Positions 52,659 through 62,854 of a DNA stretch of 64,000 nt are shown piece after piece. The stretch comes from Chloroflexota bacterium. Its GTDB lineage: Bacteria; Chloroflexota; UBA11872. The stretch is taken from the NCBI GenBank assembly GCA_965207185.1, contig OZ242271.1:1856806-1920805 (forward strand), given 5' to 3'. Both the position numbers and the translations under genes were made by a program. The notes below the pieces were generated by a model. It searched no databases. It worked only from the letters and a program-made list of their open reading frames with translations, and had not been told where the DNA came from. Position 1 is the stretch's first letter. Each line of letters starts with the position of its first letter.

Positions 52659-54496
52659 TACTCGACCGTGACCGACTTGGCAAGGTTGCGCGGCTGGTCC
52701 ACATCCACGCCCAGCCAGACCGCGATGTGGTACGCAAAAAGTTGCAGCGGGATCACGCCAATGATGGGCGCAATCAGTGACGGTGTGCCCGGCACGGTGA
52801 TGACCTCGTCGGCGATTCCATCCTCCAGATCGTCCCCTTCGGTGGCGACCAGGATGACTCGCCCGTTCCGCGAACGCGTTTGCGCAACCGCGTTGAGCGT
52901 CTTCGCCCGCAGTTCGTCGTTCAGCGCCACGGCTACCACCGGCATGTCGGGCGACACCAACGCGATCGGTCCGTGCTTGAGCTCGCCGGCCGCAATCCCT
53001 TCGGCGTGGATATACGAAATTTCCTTTAGCTTCAGGGCGCCTTCCAGCGCGATGGCGTGGGCGAGGCCACGTCCCATGTAGAGGAAGTTGACGGCGTGGT
53101 GAAAACGACGCGCGAGGTCTTCGATCTGCGATTCGACGTCCAGCGCGCGGGCGACCGCCAACGGCGCGTGTGCGATGTCGGCGAGGCGGCGCGCCAACTG
53201 GTCCGCGGGCAGGACGCGGCGCTGCTCGCCAACGTGACAGGCCAACAGGTACAGCGCCCCCAATTGAGAGACAAATGTTTTGGTGGCCGCCACGCTGATT
53301 TCAGGGCCCGCGTGCAGATGCAGGGTGGCGTCAGCCGTTCGAGTGAGTTCGCTGCCGACTGTGTTGACGAGCGCCACCACAGGCGCGCCGGCAGCGCGAG
53401 CCCGCTCCACGGCCAGCAGCACGTCGGCCGTGGCGCCCGACTGCGAAATCGCAACCACAAGCGTCCGGCCGGAAAGTGGCCCTGGCGCATAGGCGAATTC
53501 GGACGCGACCTCGGTTGATGCTGGAATCCGTGCAAGATCCCGCAGGTAGCGCGCCCCAACCATGCCGGCGAAATTCGACGAGCCACTGGCCACGATCACC
53601 GCACGATCAACGGCGTTGGCGTCGACCGGAAGCTGGAAGTCGTGAAGTCGGAGCTCGGCAGGATCAAGCGTGACCCGAGGCCGAATCGTGTCAGCCAGCG
53701 TAGCCGGCTGTTCGTGGATTTCCTTGTGCATGAAGTGGCGGTGGCCCGCCTTGGCTGCCGCCATCGGACCCCAGGGCACCGAGAACAGGCGTCGGTGGCG
53801 CGGGCGGCTGTTGAGATCCTGAAACTCAGCACCGTCGGTGCGTAGGGTGACGATCTCCCCGGCCTCCACCACCTGCAGGGCACGAGTATGCCGAACCACA
53901 GCCGGCAGGTCCGATGCCATGAAGGCTTCGGTACGTCCGTGCCCGACCACGAGGCCACCGGCCGAACCTACACGCCCGCCCACCAGTAGGTCCGGTTCGT
54001 CGGCCGCCAGCGCCAGCACCGAGTGGGCGCCCGCCAGGCGACGCAGCGTTCGCCCGACCGCGTCGGTGAGTGATGCCCCGGCATCGCGCTGAATGCCGAT
54101 GAGATGGGCGATGACCTCCGTATCGGTCTCCGAGGTGAATCGGTGCCCGTCGGCCAGCAGTTCGGCGCGCAATTCGGCCACGTTGTCGGTCATGCCGTTG
54201 TGGACGATGACCAGCCGGCCCGAAGCGTCGGCATGAGGGTGTGCATTGCTATCGGTCACGGCCCCATGAGTCGCCCAACGGGTATGGCCGATTCCGATCG
54301 CGCTGGACATCAGCTCGTCGTCAATCAACGTGGCCAGGTCGTCGATTCGACCGGCTCGACGACGAACGCTCAAGCCTTGTGCTGTGAGGACAGCCAGCCC
54401 AGCCGAGTCGTAGCCTCGATACTCAAGGGCTCGCAGCCCATCCAGGATGGCTGGGGCGGCGGACCCATCGCCGATATACCCAACGATGCCGCACAT
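52658..54496 (-). CDS. glmS: Glutamine--fructose-6-phosphate aminotransferase
   Basis: MCGIVGY N-terminal nucleophile; two SIS domains; C-terminal VE. Confidence 0.95.
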   Translation of the reverse strand: MCGIVGYIGDGSAAPAILDGLRALEYRGYDSAGLAVLTAQGLSVRRRAGRIDDLATLIDDELMSSAIGIGHTRWATHGAVTDSNAHPHADASGRLVIVHNGMTDNVAELRAELLADGHRFTSETDTEVIAHLIGIQRDAGASLTDAVGRTLRRLAGAHSVLALAADEPDLLVGGRVGSAGGLVVGHGRTEAFMASDLPAVVRHTRALQVVEAGEIVTLRTDGAEFQDLNSRPRHRRLFSVPWGPMAAAKAGHRHFMHKEIHEQPATLADTIRPRVTLDPAELRLHDFQLPVDANAVDRAVIVASGSSNFAGMVGARYLRDLARIPASTEVASEFAYAPGPLSGRTLVVAISQSGATADVLLAVERARAAGAPVVALVNTVGSELTRTADATLHLHAGPEISVAATKTFVSQLGALYLLACHVGEQRRVLPADQLARRLADIAHAPLAVARALDVESQIEDLARRFHHAVNFLYMGRGLAHAIALEGALKLKEISYIHAEGIAAGELKHGPIALVSPDMPVVAVALNDELRAKTLNAVAQTRSRNGRVILVATEGDDLEDGIADEVITVPGTPSLIAPIIGVIPLQLFAYHIAVWLGVDVDQPRNLAKSVTVE

Positions 54497-54666
54497 GGCG
54501 CCGTTCTCCGGCCAACAAGCCAATTAGGGCCTTGTACGGCCCGCGGAACCTGCGCCTCCCCTGACCTGACAATAGCGCCCAAAACGCATTGCGGTAAAGG
54601 GTGACGCAGTTCTTTGCATGCCGGAGCGAGCGGTATGGCGGCCGGCGCTGACTCGGCCTCAGGCGA

Positions 54667-56581
54667 CTAGGTGCGGTTGGTTTGGCGGAAGAACCAATCC
54701 AGCGTGCGCGACACCAGATCCACTCGATGCGCCGGCTCGCTGATGCGGTGGTATTCCCGCGGATAGCGCACAAAGTCGGTCTCGACGCCGGCGGCCCGCA
54801 GCAGCGCGTGGAGTTCCAGTCCCTGGGCAATGGGAACGCGTCGGTCCTCCTCGCTATGGACGACGAGTGTGGGGATTGTGGCCCCGGCGAGGTGTTGCAC
54901 CGGCGAGCGGTCGCGGATCAGTTCACGCTGCTCCAGCGGAGACCCGCCGAACTCCCAATAGACCCAGCTCGGGATGTCGGTCTGACCAAAGAAGCTCTCG
55001 ATGTTGGTGACGGCGTTGACGGCAACCGCGGCCATGAAGCGATGGGTGTGGCCGACCGCCCACGCTGTCAGATACCCGCCGTAGCTGGTACCGGTCACGT
55101 AGGCCGGGAGGGCTTCGCTTCCGGTGTTGGCCACCCACGAGTCAAGCGCCGCGACACAATCCTCGAAGTCGCCACCGCCGAGGTCCATGCGATCCGCAAT
55201 CAGAAAGTCCAGGCCGTAGCCGTGGCTGCCTCTAAAATTGGGCGCCACCACCGCGAATCCATGGCGAACAGCCGCCTCGCATTCCGGGCGGTATTCATGG
55301 GCCGTCCGACTGTGCGGTCCGCCGTGCGGCCACAAGATCACGCCTGCGGGCCGTGCGTCAGCCGGCGCCAGGGCCAGGCTCTCCACGGAGAGACCGTCGT
55401 CTCGGTCAAATGACCAGATTCGGGCCTGCACCGAACTCTCGACCGTGTGGTGCCCGGAGCGCCAGCGTGAGCGACCGTCGGGGGCCAGTAGCTCGACTTC
55501 GGGCGGTACCGTGGCCGCCTGTGTGACGCAGGCGATCTCGCCGCTGTGTCCGTCCACGTGGGGCGTGGAAACGTGGGGGAGCCGGTGCGCGAGCGGTTCC
55601 GGCGGCTGATCCTCGCGCGCCCGCATCAGCACATTGCGCATCCCATCCATCAGCGCAACGATCCATGAACCGTCGGGCGCCGCCGCCGGACGGGTCTCGG
55701 TCTCAACGCTTTGATCAAGCCCGGCGGTCAAGGACTGCCGGGAACTACCGTCGAGGTCGACCGTGGCGAGTTCCATGTTGACCGAGTGCGGACCCATGGT
55801 GGGCGCGGCCAGGAATCCGATGCGTCCCCCGTCGCGTGAAAGAGCTGGCGCGATAACCGCGTTGTCTCCACACACCAGCGGGCGTTCGAAGGTTCCGGCA
55901 GCATCGGCGCGCCAGAGACCAAACGGCTGCGTGAGGTTGGAGGACCGCGCCTTCTTCGCGTCCGCTTCGATTCGAGACGAAGGCGATCGACTCGCCGTCC
56001 AGCATCCACACGCCGGCGCCGCTGTGGAAGCCGTCCGAAGTCAAAGCGCGCGGCGGATCGTCGCCGTGGAGGTCACACGCCCAGAGTCGGATTCTCTCGA
56101 CTTCGCCCAGCCCATCACCATCATTTCGTGGGTTTACGGCGGGGTCGGCGGGGACTTCGGGCGATTTGTTGTACGCGGTGTAGAGGATTCGGTGGCCAGT
56201 GGGCGACCAGGCGAAGGTGCGGAAGAAGGCGTGCAAGGCGAGGCGACCGTGGCCGGCCAGCGTGAGGTCAATTTCGCTGCGCGATCCGTCAAGGCCGACG
56301 ATGACGATGCAGTCGGTCTCGTCGCCCGATTCGACATAAGCAAGGCGAGCCCCGTCGGGCGACCAACTCACCGGGGGGCTGCCGCCTGAAATGCCCTCAC
56401 AGAGACGCTCGGATTGCAGGCTTTCGGCGTCGACGACCCAGATTTCGCTGGTCGTGGCGTTGGCGGCAACATCGGGAATGCCCACGGTGTACGCAAGGTG
56501 TCGTCCGCGGGGCGCCCACTGGGGTTGCATGGCCGTTGGCGCCTCAAACAGTGCCTGGATCTGGTCTCGGTTCAGACTCAT
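54667..56581 (-). pseudogene. S9 family peptidase (beta-propeller + alpha/beta hydrolase) interrupted by a 1-nt frameshift near 55955-55990
   Basis: ORF 55745-56581 encodes TolB-like propeller blades (WSPDGARLAYV, DGESIAFVSNRSG). ORF 54667-55875 continues the propeller (LWRADAAGTFERPLV...LSRDGGRIGFLA) and then the catalytic domain (GTSYGGY). The two overlap by 131 bp in different frames. Confidence 0.6.
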
Positions 56582-56820
56582 CGCTGTACGGGACTCCCTC
56601 GACTACGGGAAGGCTGTGCGCCCGAAGCCAAAGCAGCGCGGGCAGCGCGGCGGACGACCGCTAGGGCGCGCGGGAGGGCCGTCGGGATCGACACCTGCGC
56701 CGTCGCACACCGGACAACGTCGCGAGAGCATGCGCCGCAGAAGCCGCCAAAACAACCCGGAAAGGCGACCGCCGCCGGTGTATCCCGGCGGCCGAGCGGA
56801 TGGCGTTGGGCGGGAAGCGT

Positions 56821-58392
56821 TCATGAGGCGGCCGGGACGCCCCGTCGAAGCCCGCGGCCCGGCGTGGCGCCGGTGTGGCGACCGTGCTCGACCACCACTT
56901 CGCCGTTGACGATCACCATGTCAATGCCGTCGGGGTATTGCGTGGGTCTCTCAAACGTCGCATTGCACCTGACCCCTGCCATATCGATCAGCACCAGGTC
57001 GGCGGCCATGCCGGACTGAATCAACCCGCGATCCACCAGCCCGAACCGCCGGGCCGGCGCCGAGGTCATGTGGCGGATCATTTCTTCCAGGGGCACGGCG
57101 CCCCGGTCGCGCACGAAATGTCCCAGGAAGCGCGGATAGGTGCCAAAGGTTCGCGGATGCGGCGAGCCGCCCGTCAGCAGCGCGTCGGTTGAACAGATGT
57201 GAGCGGGATGCCGCATGATCATTTCGAAATCGGCGTCTGATGCGGAGTTGTGCATCACCGCGGCGGCGCTGCCGCGCTCGGCGCGCACCAGGTCAACGAC
57301 CAGGCTCTCCGGTGCAACACCGCGCTCGTCGGCGATGTCGCTGACGATGCGCCCTTCCAGATGGTTGTTGGCGGGCGACGGGACGTTGGCCAGGCGCAGG
57401 CCCGACCAGTTGCTGGGGCGGTCGCCATCCGGCTGCCCCATCGCCGCCTCGATGCGGCCCCGCTGCTCGCGGTCCTCAAGCCGGGCCAGCATGGCCTGAA
57501 CCCCACCATCAAGCGCCCAGTCCGGGAAGGAGAAGTGCAGCAAGGTGCTGCCGGCGGCCCAGGCGTAGGTGTCAAACGACACCGAGACGCCCAGGTCGGC
57601 CCCGCGATCGGCTTCGCCCAGGTTGACCCACCAGCTGTCGTCCAGGCTGTTGAAGTGGGAGATGTGGACCGGGCAATTGGCGCGGCGCCCGATCTCCAGG
57701 GTTTCGCGAATTGCCTGGCGCATTCCCAGCTTGTAGCGCATGTGGGTGACGTACGGCGCGTTGTAGCGCCCGGCGATTTCGCTGATTGCAGCCAACTCCT
57801 CGGTGTTGCTGAAGGAGCACGGGGCGTAGTCCAGGCCGGTGGACAGCGCCGCGGCGCCGTCGCGCATGGCGTCGTCCGTGATCTGGCGCATCCGCACCAG
57901 TTCCTCGGGCGTTGCCGGGCGGTCTTCCCAATCCAGCACGGCGGCCCGCACGCACCCATGGGGCAGGTGGTGGGCGACGTTGACCGCGACCGTGCGGTCA
58001 AAGCTGTCCAGCCAGCCGCCCACGGTTTCCCAAGGGCCGTCCACGTCCGGCTGGCCGTTGAGTGCGCCGAAATAGTCGAGGAAGGGCTGGCGGTCGTTGG
58101 CGGCCAGCGGCGCGTAGCCAATGCCATCCAGGCCGGTGAGTTCGGTGGTGATGCCCTGGCGCACTTTCGGCTGATGGTCCGGGCGGTCCAGCAACAGCAG
58201 GTCGGAGTGGGTATGCACGTCAATGAAGCCGGGCGAAATGACCCGGCCACCAGCGTCAATCTCGCGCCTGGCCCCATCCTGGACACGTCCCAGCGCGACG
58301 ATCATCGAGCCGTCGACGGCCACATCGCCGCGCACGCCGGGCGATCCAGAGCCGTCCACGATCAAAGCGTCGCGAATGCAGAGATCGTGCAT
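56821..58392 (-). CDS. N-acyl-D-amino-acid deacylase (D-aminoacylase), amidohydrolase family
   Basis: GFIDVHTHSD metal-binding motif. Start MHDLCIRDALIVDG at 58392; the upstream 63 codons in the track are an artefact. Confidence 0.8.
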   Translation of the reverse strand: MHDLCIRDALIVDGSGSPGVRGDVAVDGSMIVALGRVQDGARREIDAGGRVISPGFIDVHTHSDLLLLDRPDHQPKVRQGITTELTGLDGIGYAPLAANDRQPFLDYFGALNGQPDVDGPWETVGGWLDSFDRTVAVNVAHHLPHGCVRAAVLDWEDRPATPEELVRMRQITDDAMRDGAAALSTGLDYAPCSFSNTEELAAISEIAGRYNAPYVTHMRYKLGMRQAIRETLEIGRRANCPVHISHFNSLDDSWWVNLGEADRGADLGVSVSFDTYAWAAGSTLLHFSFPDWALDGGVQAMLARLEDREQRGRIEAAMGQPDGDRPSNWSGLRLANVPSPANNHLEGRIVSDIADERGVAPESLVVDLVRAERGSAAAVMHNSASDADFEMIMRHPAHICSTDALLTGGSPHPRTFGTYPRFLGHFVRDRGAVPLEEMIRHMTSAPARRFGLVDRGLIQSGMAADLVLIDMAGVRCNATFERPTQYPDGIDMVIVNGEVVVEHGRHTGATPGRGLRRGVPAAS

Positions 58393-58396
58393 CAGA

Positions 58397-59176
58397 TCAT
58401 CCGGCCAAGTCGCGCAGGTGGGCGGCATCGTAGTCGGCCGCCGTACCGGCGGCGAATGCCCGCAACCGGCGCACGGCCTCAGTCTCGGCTGCGGCCAGGA
58501 AATCCGAGGCGACGTTCGCACCGAAATAGCGGCGACCGGTTGCCGCTCGCGCTTCGGCCTCGCGAGCGGAGTCTCCGGCACTCACCGCGAGCCCGTTGAT
58601 GGCAACGATGGCCCGGCGAAGCTCGCCGAGCGGCAGGCCCGGGTCGATGGTGCTCACCCCGGCCGCTTTGCGTTCGAGTAGGGCCGAATCGGCAATGGTC
58701 GTAAGACCGTCCGCTCGGAAGTCGGCGAGGCAATTGAACGCCGCCGCAAGCCCCGGTGGCGCGTTGGGAGAGCCGGCCTCGATTGCCCAGGACAGTCCAC
58801 CAATCGCCTCGCCGTTGCCCTCGGCCGCGTGCCGTCCAAGCCGAATCACAAAGACCTCATCGGCGGCCAGATGGGTCAGGTACCCGGCCACGAACGCGGC
58901 CTGCGCCTCCGAAAGCGACGCGAGATCGGCGAGCCCGGGATAGGCCTGAAACAGTCGTTCCGTAGCCGTGCCCCAGGTTGTCGGATCGCGGAAGTGGTAG
59001 AAATGAGTCGCCTCACGCGCGGCTTCGTTACGAACGCGGGCATCGGGCGCAATGGCTCCGGCGTAGTAGGCCGGCAGAGAGCCGTGTGCGATGTCGCGTA
59101 GCGTGTCAGGCGCTTGTTGCAACGCCGCCAAGGCGACCCACATGTGCGCTCGCTGTGTAGCCAGAGACGCCTCCAC
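58397..59176 (-). CDS. Zinc-dependent phospholipase C-like / metal-dependent hydrolase family protein
   Basis: HFYHF and HLAADE motifs. Confidence 0.45.
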   Translation of the reverse strand: MEASLATQRAHMWVALAALQQAPDTLRDIAHGSLPAYYAGAIAPDARVRNEAAREATHFYHFRDPTTWGTATERLFQAYPGLADLASLSEAQAAFVAGYLTHLAADEVFVIRLGRHAAEGNGEAIGGLSWAIEAGSPNAPPGLAAAFNCLADFRADGLTTIADSALLERKAAGVSTIDPGLPLGELRRAIVAINGLAVSAGDSAREAEARAATGRRYFGANVASDFLAAAETEAVRRLRAFAAGTAADYDAAHLRDLAG

Positions 59177-59230
59177 TCCGGTGCGCTGTCACAATGCCGC
59201 CAGACAGTGAAATTGTAGGAGGCGCGTCAG

Positions 59231-59698
59231 GTGGCCATTGATGCCGGACACACCGGAATCGTTGTTCAGGATTTGGATCTCGTCGCGCGTTTCTACACGG
59301 ACGTGATTGGCCTATCCGAAACGCGCCGTATGAGCCGCGAGGGCGCCCCATTGGATGCGCTGCTGGGCCTGACCAACGTGCGGCTGGAGGTCTTGTTCCT
59401 GGGCACGCCCGACCGACCGGCGGCGATCGAACTGCTGCAGTACGTCCGCCACCCCTCCGCGCCAATCCAGCGGCAGCCCAACACCCACGGGCCCAACCAC
59501 GTGCACTTCATCGTGCATGACCTGGACCCGATCCTGGAACGTCTTGCGGCGGCCGGGATCGAGTCGATCGGCGGTCCAGTGGGCTGGTTCGATACCTGGA
59601 CGCGGGTGCTCTACACCCGCGACCCCGAAGACAACATCGTGGAATTGACGGAGATCCCGCAGGGACAGCCGATTCCCTACGCGCCGACACGCGACTGA
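59231..59698 (+). CDS. VOC family protein (glyoxalase/bleomycin resistance fold)
   Basis: Paired beta-alpha-beta-beta-beta modules with HVHF and VELTE metal ligand positions. Confidence 0.8.
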   Translation: MAIDAGHTGIVVQDLDLVARFYTDVIGLSETRRMSREGAPLDALLGLTNVRLEVLFLGTPDRPAAIELLQYVRHPSAPIQRQPNTHGPNHVHFIVHDLDPILERLAAAGIESIGGPVGWFDTWTRVLYTRDPEDNIVELTEIPQGQPIPYAPTRD

Positions 59699-59767
59699 CC
59701 GATTGCTAGACAGGACAAGTCATTCCCGCTCTGAACTTGGAGGGGGCTGCAGTCCGGGTCGGCGACT

Positions 59768-60577
59768 CTAGGGCGCTACGGCCTCGGCCCGACCCGACTC
59801 CATGGAGGCCAGCACGGCGTCCTGCACGGCGGCGGCCTGCGTTGCAAGGTCAAGGTCGAGCGACTCGCCGCGTGTGAATGCCTCCACCGCTCGAATGTGA
59901 CCGGCGAACGGTCCGTCCAAATCGAGCGGGGTGGACTCCGAGTCGTCCAGCCGAAGGGCGGCCGAGGCTCGCCCATCGGCGTGGATCGAGCCATTGGCGC
60001 CAATCAACATGGCGCGGTCGAATGGCTGTCCACCCGAACATGCCGCGCCCACGTCCAGCACGGCCGTCAGGCCACGTTCGAATGTCAGGATCGCCGTGAC
60101 GTAATCGGGGCCATCCGTGCCCACGGCCTGGCCGGCCGCGTACGCGGTCACCGCTGGTCGACCCATCAGATCCAGCACGGCCGCGAGTTCGTCGATCAGC
60201 GCGCCCGCCAGTTCTCCGGAATCAGCCGGCGCCCAACGCGTCCAGCGCAGGAAGCGCGGCGAGCCGATTCGCCCGGTGTCCAACGACGCGCGCAACAAGC
60301 GATATGGCGATCGGTGCAGAGCGGGCGCCAACACGCTGAGACTCGGTCCTCGCCCCGCCTGCAGCGCCAATAGCCCATCCGTCCCCGCCACGGCCGACGT
60401 GAACACGGCGCAGGGGATATCGACGTCGGCAGCCACGCCGCCTGCATCGGCGGCTGCCAGCACGATCGCCTGCGCGTCGGGGCGTTCGTGGCTGACGATG
60501 TCCAACGACGGCGCGCCGATCAACGCGTTTTCCAGGTCCGCGTCATGAGAAGCGCCGGCGGCCAAGAGTAGGCGCAT
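59768..60577 (-). CDS. Gfo/Idh/MocA-like oxidoreductase (degenerate N-terminal domain)
   Basis: C-terminal alpha/beta domain similar to Gfo/Idh/MocA. Confidence 0.5.
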   Translation of the reverse strand: MRLLLAAGASHDADLENALIGAPSLDIVSHERPDAQAIVLAAADAGGVAADVDIPCAVFTSAVAGTDGLLALQAGRGPSLSVLAPALHRSPYRLLRASLDTGRIGSPRFLRWTRWAPADSGELAGALIDELAAVLDLMGRPAVTAYAAGQAVGTDGPDYVTAILTFERGLTAVLDVGAACSGGQPFDRAMLIGANGSIHADGRASAALRLDDSESTPLDLDGPFAGHIRAVEAFTRGESLDLDLATQAAAVQDAVLASMESGRAEAVAP

Positions 60578-60795
60578 CGGAGATTCAACGTTGCTGTGCT
60601 TGTAGGGCTAGTGTGACCGTCGGCGACGTTCTTCTGCAAGCAGCCGCCGTCCACCGCCACTCAACAGCAGCTCCGACGGCGTCGAGGCGGGCTGAGGCTT
60701 GATGTCGGCCAGAGCGGCCTGGCGGTACGAGGCCCTTAAACGATCGGTGGGGGCCGAATGGCCCCCACCAGGCGGACTACGACGTCAAGTCGGCG

Positions 60796-61707
60796 TTACG
60801 ACTTGATGCCGGTCAGCGCAATTCCACGCACGAACTGTTTCTGTGCGAAGAAGAACACGATCACGATTGGCGCCACCGAAACGATGGACGCCGCCATTAA
60901 CATCTGGAATTCCGTCCCGTATTGCGTCCGGAACCACCGGATGCCCACGGCGAGGGTCAACTTCTCAGGCGTCTGGATGAAGACGAACGGTTCAAAGAAC
61001 TCGTTCCACTTGTTGATGAAGTTGAACACCGCCACGGTGGCGATTGCAGGTTTCGATAGCGGAATTACGACGCGGAACAACACCTGCAAGAGGTTCGCGC
61101 CGTCAATCTCGGCTGCCTCATCCAACTCCACCGGCAGCGTTAGGAAGAACTGCCGCAGGATGAAGATGTAGAAGGCCTGTCCCCAGAGGTCCGGCAGGGC
61201 CACGGGCCACAGGCTGTCGAGCAGACCCACGGTCCGGAACATGATGAACTTGGGCACGATCGTCACGTGACCCGGCAGCATCAGGCTCGCCAGGATCAGC
61301 ACAAACAGCTGATTTCGGCCCGGGAACTGCGTTCGCGCGAAGCCGTAGGCGACAAAGATGCTGACCAGAGTCTGCCCGAACATGCCGAGAGCGACGAGGA
61401 TCAGGGAATTCACGATCCAGTTCGCGAACGGTCCCGTCTCCCACATATCGATGTAGTTCTGCCAGATCCAGGGATCGGGCCATATCTGCGGCGGTTCTTC
61501 AAAGAGCTTGTCCAGCCGCATGAACGACGTGCGCACCATCCACAGGAATGGGATGGCGTACACGAAGCTTCCCAGCCAGAGCACCACGTACGTCAGTACG
61601 CGTCCGCTGACGCGCATCGCACGGATACGCGCCGGCGTACGGATGCGGACCGACGATGGCATCCCGGAGGGGTCCGATGGTTCTACAGTTACTGTTTGCT
61701 GCGCCAT
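60796..61707 (-). CDS. Carbohydrate ABC transporter permease (MalG-like)
   Basis: EAAEIDGA...P EAA-loop; 6 TM. Confidence 0.85.
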   Translation of the reverse strand: MAQQTVTVEPSDPSGMPSSVRIRTPARIRAMRVSGRVLTYVVLWLGSFVYAIPFLWMVRTSFMRLDKLFEEPPQIWPDPWIWQNYIDMWETGPFANWIVNSLILVALGMFGQTLVSIFVAYGFARTQFPGRNQLFVLILASLMLPGHVTIVPKFIMFRTVGLLDSLWPVALPDLWGQAFYIFILRQFFLTLPVELDEAAEIDGANLLQVLFRVVIPLSKPAIATVAVFNFINKWNEFFEPFVFIQTPEKLTLAVGIRWFRTQYGTEFQMLMAASIVSVAPIVIVFFFAQKQFVRGIALTGIKS

Positions 61708-61715
61708 GGTCCCCC

Positions 61716-62735
61716 CTAGTTAGCCCTTTCACCCTCGTAGTACACCCAGCGACGTGCGGTCAGGAACTGCACGATCGTCAGGAAGAGGATGACGAAGAAC
61801 AGAATCCAGGCAATGGCCGAGGCGTAGCCCATCTTGAAGAAGCGGAACCCGTTCCAGTACAGGTACAGCAACAGGAACAGGGTTGCGTCGGCCGGACCGC
61901 CCTCGGTGATGATCAGGGCGGCCGTGAAGACCTGGAAGGATCCGATCACCGCCAGCACCATGGTCAGGAAGATCTGCGGCGTCATCATCGGGATGGTGAC
62001 GTGGCGGACCTTGCCCCACCAGCCGGCGCCGTCAATTTCGGCGGCCTCGTACAGGTGCTGGGGAATGCCCTGGAGCCCCGCCAGGTAAATGATCATCGTG
62101 GTCCCCACGGACCAGAAGCTCATGATGATCAGCCCCGGCATGGCCCAGGTCGTCGACCCCAGCCAGTTGGGCGCCTGAATGTCCAGTGGCCCCAGGAAAA
62201 TGTCCAGGAAGTTATTAAGCAGTCCGTTGGGTTGCAACACCCAGTACCAGAGCACCGCGGTTGCAACACCGGTTGTGATGGAGGGCAGGTAGAACGCCGT
62301 CCGGTAGATGGCAATGCCCTTCACCTTGCGGTTGAGAAGCCCTGCAATGATGAAGGAGATGATCAGCACGCCCGGCACGTGGAACACCACGTAATACGCC
62401 GTGTTGTACACGCTCTGGACAAACCGGGTGTCCTCACCGGAAAGCAATTGGGCGTAATTCTCAAACCCCAGCCACTTGATGTCGCCCACCAGGCGCCACT
62501 GGGTGAAGCTGAGGAAGAACGAGAAGAAGAAGGGTCCTGCAAGGAACAAGATGAACCCAAAGAGCCAAGGGAGAATAAACAGGAACCCTTGGGTCTCCTT
62601 CCATGTCCAGCCCAAGATGCCGCGCCTACGTCTGACGCCCTCAGGCGCACTGGCCATGTCAGTTGCGGTCATCGCACCTCCTTCGAATCCGAGCGTCAGG
62701 CCCCGTTGATCGTCGCGGGACGCTCGGTCCCCCAA
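61716..62735 (-). CDS. Carbohydrate ABC transporter permease (MalF-like)
   Basis: EAAEIDGAGWW EAA-loop; 6 TM. Confidence 0.85.
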   Translation of the reverse strand: MGDRASRDDQRGLTLGFEGGAMTATDMASAPEGVRRRRGILGWTWKETQGFLFILPWLFGFILFLAGPFFFSFFLSFTQWRLVGDIKWLGFENYAQLLSGEDTRFVQSVYNTAYYVVFHVPGVLIISFIIAGLLNRKVKGIAIYRTAFYLPSITTGVATAVLWYWVLQPNGLLNNFLDIFLGPLDIQAPNWLGSTTWAMPGLIIMSFWSVGTTMIIYLAGLQGIPQHLYEAAEIDGAGWWGKVRHVTIPMMTPQIFLTMVLAVIGSFQVFTAALIITEGGPADATLFLLLYLYWNGFRFFKMGYASAIAWILFFVILFLTIVQFLTARRWVYYEGERAN

Positions 62736-62854
62736 TAGACGAAACCCGCAAATGCGGTGGCGGACCGTACAGCCACCGCGGCAGGCGCGTCAACAAATGT
62801 GCAGGGATTCTACGGGCGAACGCCCCCGGCGGACATTAGGGAATCGCCTGAGTC

